From contig CAWHXD010000006.1 in NCBI GenBank assembly GCA_963833225.1, forward strand, positions 32,001 to 96,000: 64,000 bases of DNA, written 5' to 3'. Below are positions 11,825 through 21,522 of the stretch, piece by piece (within the stretch, counting starts at the first letter, position 1; each line of letters starts with the position of its first letter). Position numbers and translations under genes: made by a program. Below the pieces are notes generated by a model. It saw only the letters and a list, made by a program, of their open reading frames with translations. It was not told the origin of the DNA and did not search any database. The DNA comes from an uncultured Chloroflexia bacterium (GTDB taxonomy: Bacteria; Chloroflexota; Limnocylindria; Limnocylindrales; CSP1-4).

Positions 11825-12478
11825 ATGCGCTTCGACGCGGTCGTGCGTGGGCTGCTGACGCTGCCCGACGTCCTGCCAGACGGTCCGCACGAGCTGATGC
11901 CGGTCGTGGTCGACAGCGGCGAGCCGAGGGTCCGGCCACCGTGGGACGCAGCGGCCGAGACGTCGTCACGGCCGGCCGCGGTGCTGGTCCTCGTCTACCC
12001 GGGCGTCGAGGGCGACGCCCGGATCCTGCTCACCGAGCGAGCCGATCGCGGCGGGCACCACTCGGGCGAGGTGTCGTTCCCCGGGGGACGGGCGGAACCC
12101 GGCGACGCCGATGCTGCCGCCACCGCGCTCCGGGAGGCGGCCGAAGAGGTCGGGCTGGATCCCGTCACTGCCGGGCTGCGCGTGCTTGGCGCGCTACCGG
12201 TGCACTGGATCCCCGTGAGCAACTTCGCGGTCACGCCGGTGATCGCCGTGGCGGACCATCGCCCCGAGCTGGTCGCCCAGCCCACCGAGGTGGCCGCCAT
12301 CCTCGAGCCGTCCGTGTCATCGTTCCTGCCCGGGGCGCCGCTGCAGCTCATCGAGCGCGACATGCGCGGCATCCGCATCCGCTACGCGGCCTACCCGGTC
12401 AACGGCCTGGCCGTGTGGGGGATGACCGCGCGGGTACTGGGCGGGCTGGGGGCGTGGCTGGGACGCGAGGATTCGTAG
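11825..12478 (+). CDS. Nudix hydrolase, CoA pyrophosphatase (NudL-like)
   Basis: AAVLVL...LLTER...HSGEVSFPGG...ALREAAEEVG...VWGMTA. Confidence 0.88.
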   Translation: MRFDAVVRGLLTLPDVLPDGPHELMPVVVDSGEPRVRPPWDAAAETSSRPAAVLVLVYPGVEGDARILLTERADRGGHHSGEVSFPGGRAEPGDADAAATALREAAEEVGLDPVTAGLRVLGALPVHWIPVSNFAVTPVIAVADHRPELVAQPTEVAAILEPSVSSFLPGAPLQLIERDMRGIRIRYAAYPVNGLAVWGMTARVLGGLGAWLGREDS

Positions 12479-12653
12479 GCAGCGGCCCGGACGAATACGG
12501 CCGGTTGCCTGGGCGTCGGCGGCGTTGACCGCCTGCTCCAGCGTGATCCAGCCCGGCCGGTCCCAGCAGCTGGCCGCCGTTCCAGACGGCGACGAACGCG
12601 GACGCGAAGACGATGAGCGCAGCGATGCCCACGACGCACAGTCCCGCCGCACC

Positions 12654-12943
12654 TGGCCAGATTCAGGTGGTGTGCACGCTACTGGGTCGCTGCGCGCTCG
12701 GAATTGGCCAGATTCAGGTGGTGTGCACGGCATCGCCCGCGATGGCCGCTTACGCCGGCCAGGTTCATGTGGAGTGCCCACAAGGCCGGGTATTTCCGGC
12801 CCAACGCGCGTGGCTTCTGAATATGGCCGAGATCGCGGATCGTTCACTCGGGGATCCCGGCGTGGGTCGGCGGTCCGGACGGGCGGGCGCGTCGGCCGGG
12901 TGGCCAACTTGTCCGATGGTGCGCACCGGGTCTGAATCTGGCC
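12654..12943. repeat. Three direct 25-bp repeats at 51-bp period plus two inverted partial copies
   Basis: TGGCCAGATTCAGGTGGTGTGCACG at 12654-12678 and 12705-12729 (identical); 19/25 copy at 12756-12780; inverted core CTGAAT(A/C)TGGCC at 12817-12828 and 12932-12943. Confidence 0.85.
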
Positions 12944-12977
12944 GGGTCGCGGGTCGGGTCGCGGGTCGGGTCGCGGG
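12944..12977. repeat. Short tandem repeat (GGGTCGCGGGTC), about 2.8 copies
   Basis: Read directly from the sequence. Confidence 0.7.
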
Positions 12978-13017
12978 CGCGCGCCGCGGCGGGCCCGAAT
13001 AGCAGCCGGGAGCCGCC

Positions 13018-13497
13018 TCAGAGCGGCTCGCCCCCCAGGTCCTCGTCTGGAGGTCGCGGGACGGGCGCACGCCGTCCCGCCAGTCGCCCCTCCCCCCTGG
13101 TGACCGGCCGCGCGCCTCTACCCGGCCCCACCCGCGCCGCCTCACCCTCCACCACGCCAGGGAGTGCCAGGCGGGGAGCGGCGAACTCGACCACGATCGC
13201 CCGCATCTGGGTCCCGTCGGTCCACGCGGCGTGCAGCACGTCCGGTGGCCACACGACGGTCTCGCCGGCCAGGACACGCGCCCGCTCGTCGCCCACGCCG
13301 ACCCAGCCGCCGCCCTCGATCACGACGAAGTAGCTCGGGTTCGGGTTCGTGTGCGGCGCGATCCGCGCATTCCGCGAGAAGGCGAGCTCCGAGATGACGC
13401 CGGCGGGCCCGCTCTCGATGACCTGTGCCTCGATCCCGGTGGTGCCGGGCGGCCCCTCCGGCCGACGATGCCCGACCCCGAACCGCCGGATGTCCAT
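13018..13497 (-). CDS. Cupin-domain protein
   Basis: IAPHTNPNPSYFVVIEGGGWVGVGDE...AGETVVWPPDVLHAAW; C-terminal part of ORF 13018-15027. Confidence 0.8.
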   Translation of the reverse strand: MDIRRFGVGHRRPEGPPGTTGIEAQVIESGPAGVISELAFSRNARIAPHTNPNPSYFVVIEGGGWVGVGDERARVLAGETVVWPPDVLHAAWTDGTQMRAIVVEFAAPRLALPGVVEGEAARVGPGRGARPVTRGEGRLAGRRAPVPRPPDEDLGGEPL

Positions 13498-13517
13498 CGT
13501 CACGCGGCGGCGCGCGG

Positions 13518-13949
13518 CTAGCGGCGACGCCGGCGGCGCGACGACTTGGAGCGGATGGTGGTCTCGGGGCGCGCGTACTTCTGGCGGGAGAAGTAGCGGG
13601 CCTTCGCGAGCTGGCGCTCGTACGCGTGGAGGTACGGCGGGAAGCGGACGAACCGGATCCAGACCAGGACCGCGAGCCCGCCGACGATCGTGCTGAGCAC
13701 GATGATGAAGTCGAACCGGAACACCCAGTAGACGGGGATGAGCCCGAACGTGACCACGTTGGTCCACAGCATCCACTCGTACATCTGGACGTAGACCCCA
13801 TGCCGGTGCAGCTGTCGCGTCCGGACGTTGTAGACGATCACCGTCGCAAGCAGCAGGCCGATCCCCGCATACAGGATGGGCATGTAGAGGTCGGGGAAGT
13901 TGGCGTCGTCGAAGGACGCGAAGAGGTACTGCCAGGGCCAGCAATTCAC
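13518..13949 (-). CDS. Small membrane protein, about 3 TM helices with a basic C-terminal tail (start uncertain)
   Basis: Hydrophobic segments, strong GC3-type codon use, C-terminal SRRRRRR. Confidence 0.7.
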   Translation of the reverse strand: MNCWPWQYLFASFDDANFPDLYMPILYAGIGLLLATVIVYNVRTRQLHRHGVYVQMYEWMLWTNVVTFGLIPVYWVFRFDFIIVLSTIVGGLAVLVWIRFVRFPPYLHAYERQLAKARYFSRQKYARPETTIRSKSSRRRRRR

Positions 13950-14157
13950 GCGCGATCTCTCCGGATGCGGCCGACGTCATGCCGGCCACGCTGATGGGCC
14001 GTCCGAGTATGCCACGGGGGCCACGGTATACTCGGCGCAACGTCGCGCGTCCGACGGTTTCCGGCCCCGGAGCCCACTCCCGGAGCCCACGCTGGACCCC
14101 GGACGCCACCCAGCAGTACGGCTCGGCCGCTGAACCGCCGGAGGAGGAACCGCACCG

Positions 14158-15705
14158 GTGCGTGCGCTGCTCTCGGTCGCGAACCGCGACGGTCTGTCCG
14201 CGTTCGCGCGTGACCTCCAGGCACTGGGCTGCGAGCTGGTCGCGACCGACGGGACCCGCGAGCACCTGGCGGCGGACGGCATCGATGCCGCGTCGGTCTC
14301 GGACCTGACGCATGTGCCGCCCCTTGTCGGTGCCCAGGTCCGCACCTTCCACCCGGAGATCTACGCGGGTATCCTCGCGCGCCGCGACCGGCCTGAGCAG
14401 CTCGACCAGCTCGTGGAGCGTGGCATCGGGCTGATCGACCTGGTCGTCGTGAACGTCAAGCCCTTCGCCCCCGAGGTTGGACGCCACCATATCGGCATCG
14501 ACGAGGCGATCGAGCTGATTGATGTCGCCGGCGCGGCGCTCCTGGGCGCGGCCGCCCGCAACGGCGCCGGGGTCGTCGCCGTGTCCTCGCCCGCCCATTA
14601 CCCCGTTGTGCTCGATGAGCTTCGAACGCTGGGCCAGGTCTCCGCCGACACTCGCTACCGGCTCGCGGCGGACGCGTTCGGCACCGTGGCCGCGTACTTC
14701 GCCGAGATCGCCGCCTACCTCAACCAGATCAGCAACAACCTGTACCCGAACCGGCTGGCGCTCGTCCTCGAGAAGGTGGCTGACCTGTCCTACGGCGAGA
14801 ACCCGCACCAGCGCGCGGCCTTCTACCGCGAGACGACCCACCGGTCCGGCTCGCTGGCGGATGCGGCGCAGCTCCACGGGTCTCCGCCGACCTTCAACAA
14901 CCTGCTCGATCTCGACGCCGCCTACCGGATCGCGTCCGATTACACGGCCCCCACCGTGGTCATCGCCAAGCACACGGATCCGGTGGGTCTCGCATCGGCC
15001 GAGGAGCTGGTCGAGGCCTACCGGCACGCGCTGGAGACGGATCCCGTCGCCTCGTTCGGCGGCATCGTCGGGGTCAACCGGGAGCTGGACGGAGCCACGG
15101 CGCGCGCGATCGCGGCAAACTCGTACGAGGCCGTCATCGCGCCCGGGTTCAGCGAAGCTGCGCTCGGCATGCTCAAGGCCAAGCCCGGTCTTGAGCTCCT
15201 GTCGGTGCCCGCGTCACCGTCCGAGGGCATGCGGGACTACGGCATCGCCAACCTGGACTTCAAGCGCGTGGGTGGCGGCCTGCTCGTCGAGGGGCTCGAC
15301 GCCGTCGACCTGGACCGCGGCCAGCTCCAGGTCGTGACCCGACGCCATCCGACCCTCGGTGAGCTCACCGATCTGCTGTTCGCCTGGCGCGCCGTGCGCC
15401 ACGTCCGGTCCAACGCGATCGTGCTGGCCCGCAACGGCGCCACGGTCGGGATCGGCGCGGCCCAGGCGTCGCGCAACACCTCGGTGGACATCGCGCTCCG
15501 TCGCGCCGGTGACCGCGCCAAGCTCTCGGTCATGGCGTCGGATGCCTACTTCCCATTCCCCGACGGCATCCAGGTGGCCGCCAACGCGGGGGTCACGGCC
15601 ATCATCCAGCCGGGTGGGTCGATCCGTGACGAGATGGCGATCGAGGTCGCCAATCGCCACCACCTCGCCATGGTGTTCACCGGCCGCCGCCACTTCCGGC
15701 ACTAG
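14158..15705 (+). CDS. purH: PurH (AICAR transformylase/IMP cyclohydrolase) with divergent N-terminal domain
   Basis: [39 protein letters not shown]-terminal RHFRH; GGAGGAGG RBS. Confidence 0.93.
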   Translation: MRALLSVANRDGLSAFARDLQALGCELVATDGTREHLAADGIDAASVSDLTHVPPLVGAQVRTFHPEIYAGILARRDRPEQLDQLVERGIGLIDLVVVNVKPFAPEVGRHHIGIDEAIELIDVAGAALLGAAARNGAGVVAVSSPAHYPVVLDELRTLGQVSADTRYRLAADAFGTVAAYFAEIAAYLNQISNNLYPNRLALVLEKVADLSYGENPHQRAAFYRETTHRSGSLADAAQLHGSPPTFNNLLDLDAAYRIASDYTAPTVVIAKHTDPVGLASAEELVEAYRHALETDPVASFGGIVGVNRELDGATARAIAANSYEAVIAPGFSEAALGMLKAKPGLELLSVPASPSEGMRDYGIANLDFKRVGGGLLVEGLDAVDLDRGQLQVVTRRHPTLGELTDLLFAWRAVRHVRSNAIVLARNGATVGIGAAQASRNTSVDIALRRAGDRAKLSVMASDAYFPFPDGIQVAANAGVTAIIQPGGSIRDEMAIEVANRHHLAMVFTGRRHFRH

Positions 15706-15739
15706 GCGTCGCCGCGTCCCCCACGCCCCGGAGGCATCG

Positions 15740-16720
15740 ATGGAGCAACTCCTCGCGCTCGAGATGATCCGCGTGACCGAGGCGGCCGCCATCGCGTCCG
15801 CCCGGTTCATGGGCAAGGGCGCCCGCGACGAGGCTGACCTCGCCGCGACCGAGGCGATGCGCCGGGCGATGGACGAGACCGACCTCGCCGGCACGATCGT
15901 CATCGGCGAGGGCGAGCGTGACGAGGCCCCGATGCTCTACATCGGCGAGCAGGTGGGCCGCCACGACGAAGGCGCCGCGGCCGCCGTGGACATCGCGGTC
16001 GACCCGCTCGAGGGCACGAACCTCGTGGCCACCGGCCAGGCCGGCGCGCTCACCGTCCTCGCGGCCTCCGAGACCGGCGGTCTTACCCACGCCCCGGACA
16101 CCTATCTCGAGAAGCTGGCCGTGGGGCCGGTCGTCGCGGGCTGCGTCGACATCACGGCGCCGGCGGCCCAGAACTGCCACCGGATCGCCGAGGCGCTGCG
16201 GCGCAAGGTGTCGGACATCACGATCGTCATCCTCGACCGGCCTCGCCACGAGCAGCTCATCGCCGAGGTGCGCGGGACCGGCGCCCGGATCAAGCTCATC
16301 ACCGACGGTGACGTGTCGGCCGCGATCTCGTGCGCGGTCCAGGGCACCGGCGTCCACGCGGTGATGGGCATCGGCGGGGCTCCGGAAGGGGTGATCACGG
16401 CCGCCGCGCTGCGCTGCCTGGGCGGGGAGATCCAGGCGCGGTTCCGGTTCCGCAACGACGAGGAACGGGAGCGCGCGGTCGGGATGCTGGGGCACGCGGA
16501 CGAGACCAAGGTGTTTCGCACCGAGGACCTCGCGAGCGGCGACAACCTGGTGTTCGCCGCCACGGGTGTCACGGGCGGGGAGCTCCTGCAGGGCGTGCGG
16601 TTCTTCGGCGGCGGCGCGCGGACCCATTCGCTGGTCATGGCCTACCAGACCAAGCAGGTGCGGTTCGTGGACACCGTCCACATGTTCGCCCGCGATCGGC
16701 CGCCGGCCGTCCGCCTGTAG
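15740..16720 (+). CDS. glpX: Class II fructose-1,6-bisphosphatase
   Basis: [50 protein letters not shown]. Confidence 0.95.
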   Translation: MEQLLALEMIRVTEAAAIASARFMGKGARDEADLAATEAMRRAMDETDLAGTIVIGEGERDEAPMLYIGEQVGRHDEGAAAAVDIAVDPLEGTNLVATGQAGALTVLAASETGGLTHAPDTYLEKLAVGPVVAGCVDITAPAAQNCHRIAEALRRKVSDITIVILDRPRHEQLIAEVRGTGARIKLITDGDVSAAISCAVQGTGVHAVMGIGGAPEGVITAAALRCLGGEIQARFRFRNDEERERAVGMLGHADETKVFRTEDLASGDNLVFAATGVTGGELLQGVRFFGGGARTHSLVMAYQTKQVRFVDTVHMFARDRPPAVRL

Positions 16721-16729
16721 GGCGCCGGC

Positions 16730-17329
16730 TCAGCCGTCGATCGGCGCCCAGCCCTCCCCCGTCCAGCGGGCGATCGGGCGCGCGGCGGCGGCTCCCTCGA
16801 CACGCCGCCGCCGGGTGGCCGCTGTCGCGACCGTCTCGCCCCAGCCGGGCGGCACCAGCCCGGGAACCAGGTCCGAGAGCGGGGCGAGCACGAACAGCCG
16901 GCGCCGCGCCTCCACGTGCGGCACCACGAGGGGCATCGCCGCCTTCGCCGGATCCTCGCTCCGGCCATCGGGCGGCCTCTCCACGTGCACCCGGTGTCGC
17001 CCGAACACGAGCAGGTCGAGGTCAACCTCACGCGGCCCCCACCGCGCGCGCGGCTGTCGCCCGAATGCCCGCTCGAGACCCTTGAGCGCGACCAGCAGCG
17101 CCGAGGCGTCCGCAGCCGGGTCCCGCCCGGCGGGCACATCGAGCGCGACGACTGCGTTGCGGAACTCGGGTTGGTCCAGCACGCCAACGGGCTCCGTCGC
17201 GTAGAGTTGCGAAACCCCCCGGAGCCGGACGCCCGGCAGGGCTGCCAGGGCCCCGACGGCGGCGGCCAGGGTGCCGGCCGCGTCGCCGACGTTGGCACCG
17301 AGCCCGACGTACGCCCGCACCCGCGCCAC
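16730..17329 (-). CDS. folK: 2-amino-4-hydroxy-6-hydroxymethyldihydropteridine pyrophosphokinase
   Basis: AYVGLGANVGD, YATEPVG..DQPEF.N, RWGPREVDLDLL, VPH....RLFVLAPL. Confidence 0.92.
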   Translation of the reverse strand: MARVRAYVGLGANVGDAAGTLAAAVGALAALPGVRLRGVSQLYATEPVGVLDQPEFRNAVVALDVPAGRDPAADASALLVALKGLERAFGRQPRARWGPREVDLDLLVFGRHRVHVERPPDGRSEDPAKAAMPLVVPHVEARRRLFVLAPLSDLVPGLVPPGWGETVATAATRRRRVEGAAAARPIARWTGEGWAPIDG

Positions 17330-17363
17330 GGCGCTCCACCTCCAGATCGCTAGACTCGGGCCG

Positions 17364-18452
17364 ATGCCGCCCGTCGCCGTCCTCATCCTCGCGCCCGCGC
17401 TCTCGCCCGGTGCGGGCCTGCTCGCGCGCGGCCTCGACGAGGCCCACACGACCCTCGCCGAGCATCACCGGCGGGGGTTCCGCGCGGCCGGCGCGGCCGA
17501 GGTCGTGGTCCGCCGCGAGCCGCCCGACGATACCCCATTCGGGGCACGCCTCCGGCGGCTGGCCGGCGGGCTTCGCCCGGGCGGGCTGGTGGTCCTGGGA
17601 GCCGGGTCGATCCCACTGGCAACGGCGGCCGACCGGCGTGGCCTCGTCGAAGCTGCGGCAGCCGATGCGCCCGGGGCGCTGGTCAACCACCGCTACTCCG
17701 CCGATGTCCTGGCCATCGCCCTGGCACAGACCGCGCTCCGGGACGTGCCGCCGGACCTGCGTTCCGACAACGCCCTTCCCCGCTGGCTCGCCGAGGTGGC
17801 CGGCGTGCCGGTGAGGGACCTGCGAGCGCGGCGCCGACTGGCGATGGACGTGGACTCGCCGCTTGACCTGCTGCTGCTCGAAGGGGCGCGGGGAGCCCCG
17901 GACCTGCCGCTCCCCGGTGACCTCGAGGCGGATCCGGTGCGGGCGCAGCTCGCCCGGCTGCGCGCGCTGGCCCGCGACCCGGGCGCCGAGCTCCTGATCG
18001 CCGGCCGGTCGTCGGCGGCGGACCTGCGCTGGGCGGAGCGCTACACCCGCTGCCGGACCCGGGCCCTGCTCGAGGAGCGGGGGATGCGCACGGCGTCGGC
18101 AGGCGTGGCCGTGGGGCGTCCCAACCGACGTCCGGCGAGAAGCGCTCTTGGGCTGCTCCTGGACACCTCCGAGCCGGGATCGCTGGGGAGAATCGTTGGG
18201 GAGCTGTGCGACGGGGCGCTCATCGACAGCCGCGTCCTCATCGCCCACCGGTACGGCGCCGACGAGGCGGGCTGGCCGGTGCCGGAGGACCGGTTCGCGA
18301 GCGACCTCCTGCTGCCCGATCGGATCCGCGACCCGTGGCTGCGCGACCTCACCACCGCCGCCGCCGAGGCCCAGGTCCCCATCCTGCTCGGCGGGCACAG
18401 CCTCGTGGGGCCGGGGCTGCGGCTCGCGCTCGGGCCACGGGCGCATGGATAG
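17364..18452 (+). CDS. Hypothetical protein with weak CofC/MobA-like nucleotidyltransferase features
   Basis: Coherent ORF with N..YSAD, DN.LP, MDVDSPLDL, EERGMR, DSRVL.AH, EDRFASDL, LGGHSLV; the family call rests mainly on the DVDSP.DL motif. Confidence 0.6.
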   Translation: MPPVAVLILAPALSPGAGLLARGLDEAHTTLAEHHRRGFRAAGAAEVVVRREPPDDTPFGARLRRLAGGLRPGGLVVLGAGSIPLATAADRRGLVEAAAADAPGALVNHRYSADVLAIALAQTALRDVPPDLRSDNALPRWLAEVAGVPVRDLRARRRLAMDVDSPLDLLLLEGARGAPDLPLPGDLEADPVRAQLARLRALARDPGAELLIAGRSSAADLRWAERYTRCRTRALLEERGMRTASAGVAVGRPNRRPARSALGLLLDTSEPGSLGRIVGELCDGALIDSRVLIAHRYGADEAGWPVPEDRFASDLLLPDRIRDPWLRDLTTAAAEAQVPILLGGHSLVGPGLRLALGPRAHG

Positions 18453-19680
18453 GGACCCGGCGATCGATCCCGCCGAGCCGCCTCTCGCCGTCGCCGGGCA
18501 CCGTCGCCACAGCCTGCCCGATCCCGAGGCCGTCGGCGAGGACGCCGAGCTGCTGGCAGCGATCCGGGCGGAGATCGCCGAGCACGGGCCGATCACCTTC
18601 GCCCGGTTCATGGAGCGGGCCCTCTACGACCCGGGACACGGCTACTACCGCCGTCCGCTGGCCGGCCCCGGGCTGGCCGGCGGCGACTTCCTGACCGCCC
18701 CCGAATCCCATCCGATCTTCGGGGCCGCCCTCGGTCGGCTGGTCGAGGAGGCGTGGCGGGCGATGGGCCGCCCGGCGCCGTTCACGATCACGGAACCGGG
18801 AGCCGGCTCGGGAGCGCTGGCGGCCGGGCTCCTGCGCGGGTTGCGGGACCTGGGCTCGCCGCTGTTCCCAGTCGTTCGCTACCGGCCGGTCGAGGTGGAG
18901 ACGGCGCGTCTCGACACGCTCCGCGAACAGCTCGCGGCCGAAGGCCTCGACGACCACCTGGTGGCCGACCCCGATGAGGCGCCACGCACCGCCGGAGCCG
19001 TGATCGCCAACGAGGTCCTTGATGCGCTGCCCGTCCACCGGGTCGTCACGCGCGGCGGCAGCCTGCACGAGCTGCTGGTCGCGGCCGACACGGACGGGAA
19101 CCTCGTGTGGCACGAGGCGGAGCCCACCACGCCGGCCCTTGCGCGGCGCCTCGCGGCCGAGCAGGTGACGCTCGCCGACGGCGAGGTCACGGAGGTCTGC
19201 CTGGCGCTCGACCGCTGGCTCGCCGAGACAACGGCGCTCGTTTGGCGCGGCGTCGTGATCGTGGTCGACTACGCGGCCGAGCCCGGCGAGCTCCACGGGG
19301 CGTCGCACCCCACGGGGACGCTCCGCACGTTCGCGCGGCACGCCGTTGGCGCCGACCCGTTCCGGCATCTCGGGCGGCAGGACCTCACCGCAACCGTGGA
19401 TCTCGCGGCTGTCAGGCTTGCCGCGGCGGCCGCCGGCCTGACCCCGATCGGCGAGACGACCCAGGCGGAGCTGCTGGCACGGGTCGCCACGAGCGACCTC
19501 ACGGACACCTACGTCCGCCGCCCGGGCGCCACGCTCCAGGACGCGCTCGATCTCCGCTCGGCGGTCGCCCGGCTGATGGACCCACGCGGGATGGGGGGGT
19601 TCCGGGTCATGGTGTTCGGCGAGGGGCTGGACGAGCCGCTGTCGCTGCCGTCGCTCTCCCCGGTCCGCCGCCCGGGCTGA
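18445..19680 (+). CDS. SAM-dependent methyltransferase, MidA/NDUFAF7 family
   Basis: GPITFARFMERALY.P..GYY, GDFLTAPE, EPGAGSG.LA, ANEVLDALP, DY, QDLTA.VD, LMDP.GMG..F. Confidence 0.9.
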   Translation: MDRDPAIDPAEPPLAVAGHRRHSLPDPEAVGEDAELLAAIRAEIAEHGPITFARFMERALYDPGHGYYRRPLAGPGLAGGDFLTAPESHPIFGAALGRLVEEAWRAMGRPAPFTITEPGAGSGALAAGLLRGLRDLGSPLFPVVRYRPVEVETARLDTLREQLAAEGLDDHLVADPDEAPRTAGAVIANEVLDALPVHRVVTRGGSLHELLVAADTDGNLVWHEAEPTTPALARRLAAEQVTLADGEVTEVCLALDRWLAETTALVWRGVVIVVDYAAEPGELHGASHPTGTLRTFARHAVGADPFRHLGRQDLTATVDLAAVRLAAAAAGLTPIGETTQAELLARVATSDLTDTYVRRPGATLQDALDLRSAVARLMDPRGMGGFRVMVFGEGLDEPLSLPSLSPVRRPG

Positions 19681-19842
19681 CCGGGGAATGACCGACGGGA
19701 CGGCAAACGGGGCCGCCAACCGGTCCGAAGACGGGCCGTCCGGCCCGGCTCGACAGGCCGTCCGCTCCCGGCCGCGCTGCTAGAATGGCCTCCTCGTGTC
19801 GCGTGCTGCGGCCGGGATCAACGCCACGCCCACGAGGACCTC

Positions 19843-20214
19843 GTGACCGGGATCTGGTACGTCGTCGGGTTCGTTTTCGCCGGCACCCTGTTCGTCTTCG
19901 GGACGATCGGGCTCGCTTGGCTGATCTCCCACCGCACCCGTGGAGACGAGCACAAGGGCTACCCCTACGAGTCGGGCATCGACACCTACGGTGACACCCA
20001 CGCCCGCTTCGGCATCAGCTTCTACATCTACGCCCTGATGTTCGTCGCCTTCGACATCGAGGTGATCTTCATCTTCCTGTGGGCCTTGATCTTCACGAAC
20101 CCTGACCTGCCGCTCACCCCGGCCGCCCTGTTCATCACGATGCTGATCTTCGTGGGCATCCTGCTGTTCGGGCTCGCGTATGCCTGGCGCAAGGGGGTCC
20201 TGACGTGGCGATGA
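19843..20214 (+). CDS. nuoA: NADH-quinone oxidoreductase subunit A
   Basis: [29 protein letters not shown]. Confidence 0.95.
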   Translation: MTGIWYVVGFVFAGTLFVFGTIGLAWLISHRTRGDEHKGYPYESGIDTYGDTHARFGISFYIYALMFVAFDIEVIFIFLWALIFTNPDLPLTPAALFITMLIFVGILLFGLAYAWRKGVLTWR

Positions 20215-20969
20215 CCCCCGACGGACCGGAGACGGTCGGGGGCCTGGGCGTCGAGCCGGGCGACGGCACCCAGGCTCGGTCGGACCAGCCCGGGCGGGAT
20301 TCCGCGGCGCTGGTCACCCCGGCCGCCAGGGACGTGATGGCCCCCATCGTCGTGGCCAACACGCTGTGGACGTCGGACAGCCCCGGCGCGTATGCGAGCA
20401 CGGCCCCCGCCTACACGCACCTGGAGGCATTCCACAAGGGCGACCTCGAGCTCGCGGACACCGCGCGCTGGGGTGCGCTCGAGGTGATCCCGACCAAGGC
20501 GGACCTGATCGTCGACCTGATCCGGATGAACAGCCTGTGGCCGCTGCTCTCGGGCCTGGCCTGCTGCGCCATCGAGATGATGTCCGCGGCCACCTCCAAG
20601 AACGACATGGACCGCTGGGGCATGTTCCCGTTCCGCGCCAGCCCCCGCCAGGCCGATGTGCTGATCGTGGCCGGCACGCTCACCACCAAGATGGCCGGGC
20701 CGCTGGTCCGCCTCTGGGAGCAGATGCCGGAGCCCAAGTGGTGCGTCGCGATGGGCGACTGCACCTGCTCGGGCGGCCGCTACAAGCGCAGCTACTCCAC
20801 CATCGAGGGCATCGACCGGGTGATGCCCGTCGACGTCTACGTGCCGGGCTGCCCGCCCCGTCCCGAGGGTCTCATCTACGGGATGATGAAGCTGGGCCAG
20901 CTGGTCAAGGAACGCCGCGGCCACTGGCCGGACCGGCCCATCGGGCCCAACGTGCCGACGGACGTCTAG
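20211..20969 (+). CDS. nuoB: Complex I subunit B (N-terminally extended)
   Basis: [42 protein letters not shown]. Confidence 0.95.
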   Translation: MTPDGPETVGGLGVEPGDGTQARSDQPGRDSAALVTPAARDVMAPIVVANTLWTSDSPGAYASTAPAYTHLEAFHKGDLELADTARWGALEVIPTKADLIVDLIRMNSLWPLLSGLACCAIEMMSAATSKNDMDRWGMFPFRASPRQADVLIVAGTLTTKMAGPLVRLWEQMPEPKWCVAMGDCTCSGGRYKRSYSTIEGIDRVMPVDVYVPGCPPRPEGLIYGMMKLGQLVKERRGHWPDRPIGPNVPTDV

Positions 20970-20971
20970 CC

Positions 20972-21520
20972 ATGGACCGATCGCTGCGTGCACGCCTCGA
21001 GAAGCGCTTTGCGGACAAGGTCACGGGACCCGTCCGGCAGCGCCACGACGAGACCGAGCTCCGGATCGGCGCCGCGGACCTGACCGAGGTCATGACGGCC
21101 CTCCACGACGAGCCGGACCTGGACTTCGGGGTCCTCGCCGACCTCGCGGGCGTGGACACAGGCGCCCACATGCAGGTCGTGTACCACGTGTGGTCCGCGA
21201 AGACGCCGGACTGGCTGCGCGTGATCGCGGACGGCCTGCCGCGCGACAACCCGCGGATCGCGACCCTCACCGGCCTGTGGCCGGGCGCGGAGTGGATGGA
21301 GCGCGAGACCTACGACATGTTCGGGATCATCTTCGAGGGCAACCGCGACCTGCGGCGGATCTACATGCCCCCCGATTACACGAGCTTCCCGCTGCGCAAG
21401 GACTTCCTCCTGCCGGACGACGCGGCGCGGTCACCGGGGGGTGGCGTCCGGCACGTGGAGCGGGCGCCTGCCTCCACGCAGGCAACCGATCCCGCCGCCC
21501 ATCGCACGGTGAAGGCGTAG
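20972..21520 (+). CDS. nuoC: Complex I subunit C
   Basis: L.DLAGVD, LWPGAEWMERETYDMFGI.FEG..DLRRI, PLRKDF. Confidence 0.95.
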   Translation: MDRSLRARLEKRFADKVTGPVRQRHDETELRIGAADLTEVMTALHDEPDLDFGVLADLAGVDTGAHMQVVYHVWSAKTPDWLRVIADGLPRDNPRIATLTGLWPGAEWMERETYDMFGIIFEGNRDLRRIYMPPDYTSFPLRKDFLLPDDAARSPGGGVRHVERAPASTQATDPAAHRTVKA

Positions 21521-21522
21521 CC

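Noticed and set aside
6244-11890. Very long minus-strand ORFs (1089 aa, 1035 aa) and similar shadow ORFs elsewhere
   Set aside because: They are antisense to lon/dnaJ/clpB and other real genes, have no motifs, and are expected in high-GC DNA
12654-12780. True CRISPR array
   Set aside because: Only three repeats, inverted copies nearby, no leader and no cas genes in the window; kept as an unexplained repeat
14030-14157. ZMP/ZTP (pfl) riboswitch upstream of purH
   Set aside because: The context fits, but I cannot find the conserved GACUGGCG...GCCUGGGC elements; a covariance-model scan would settle it
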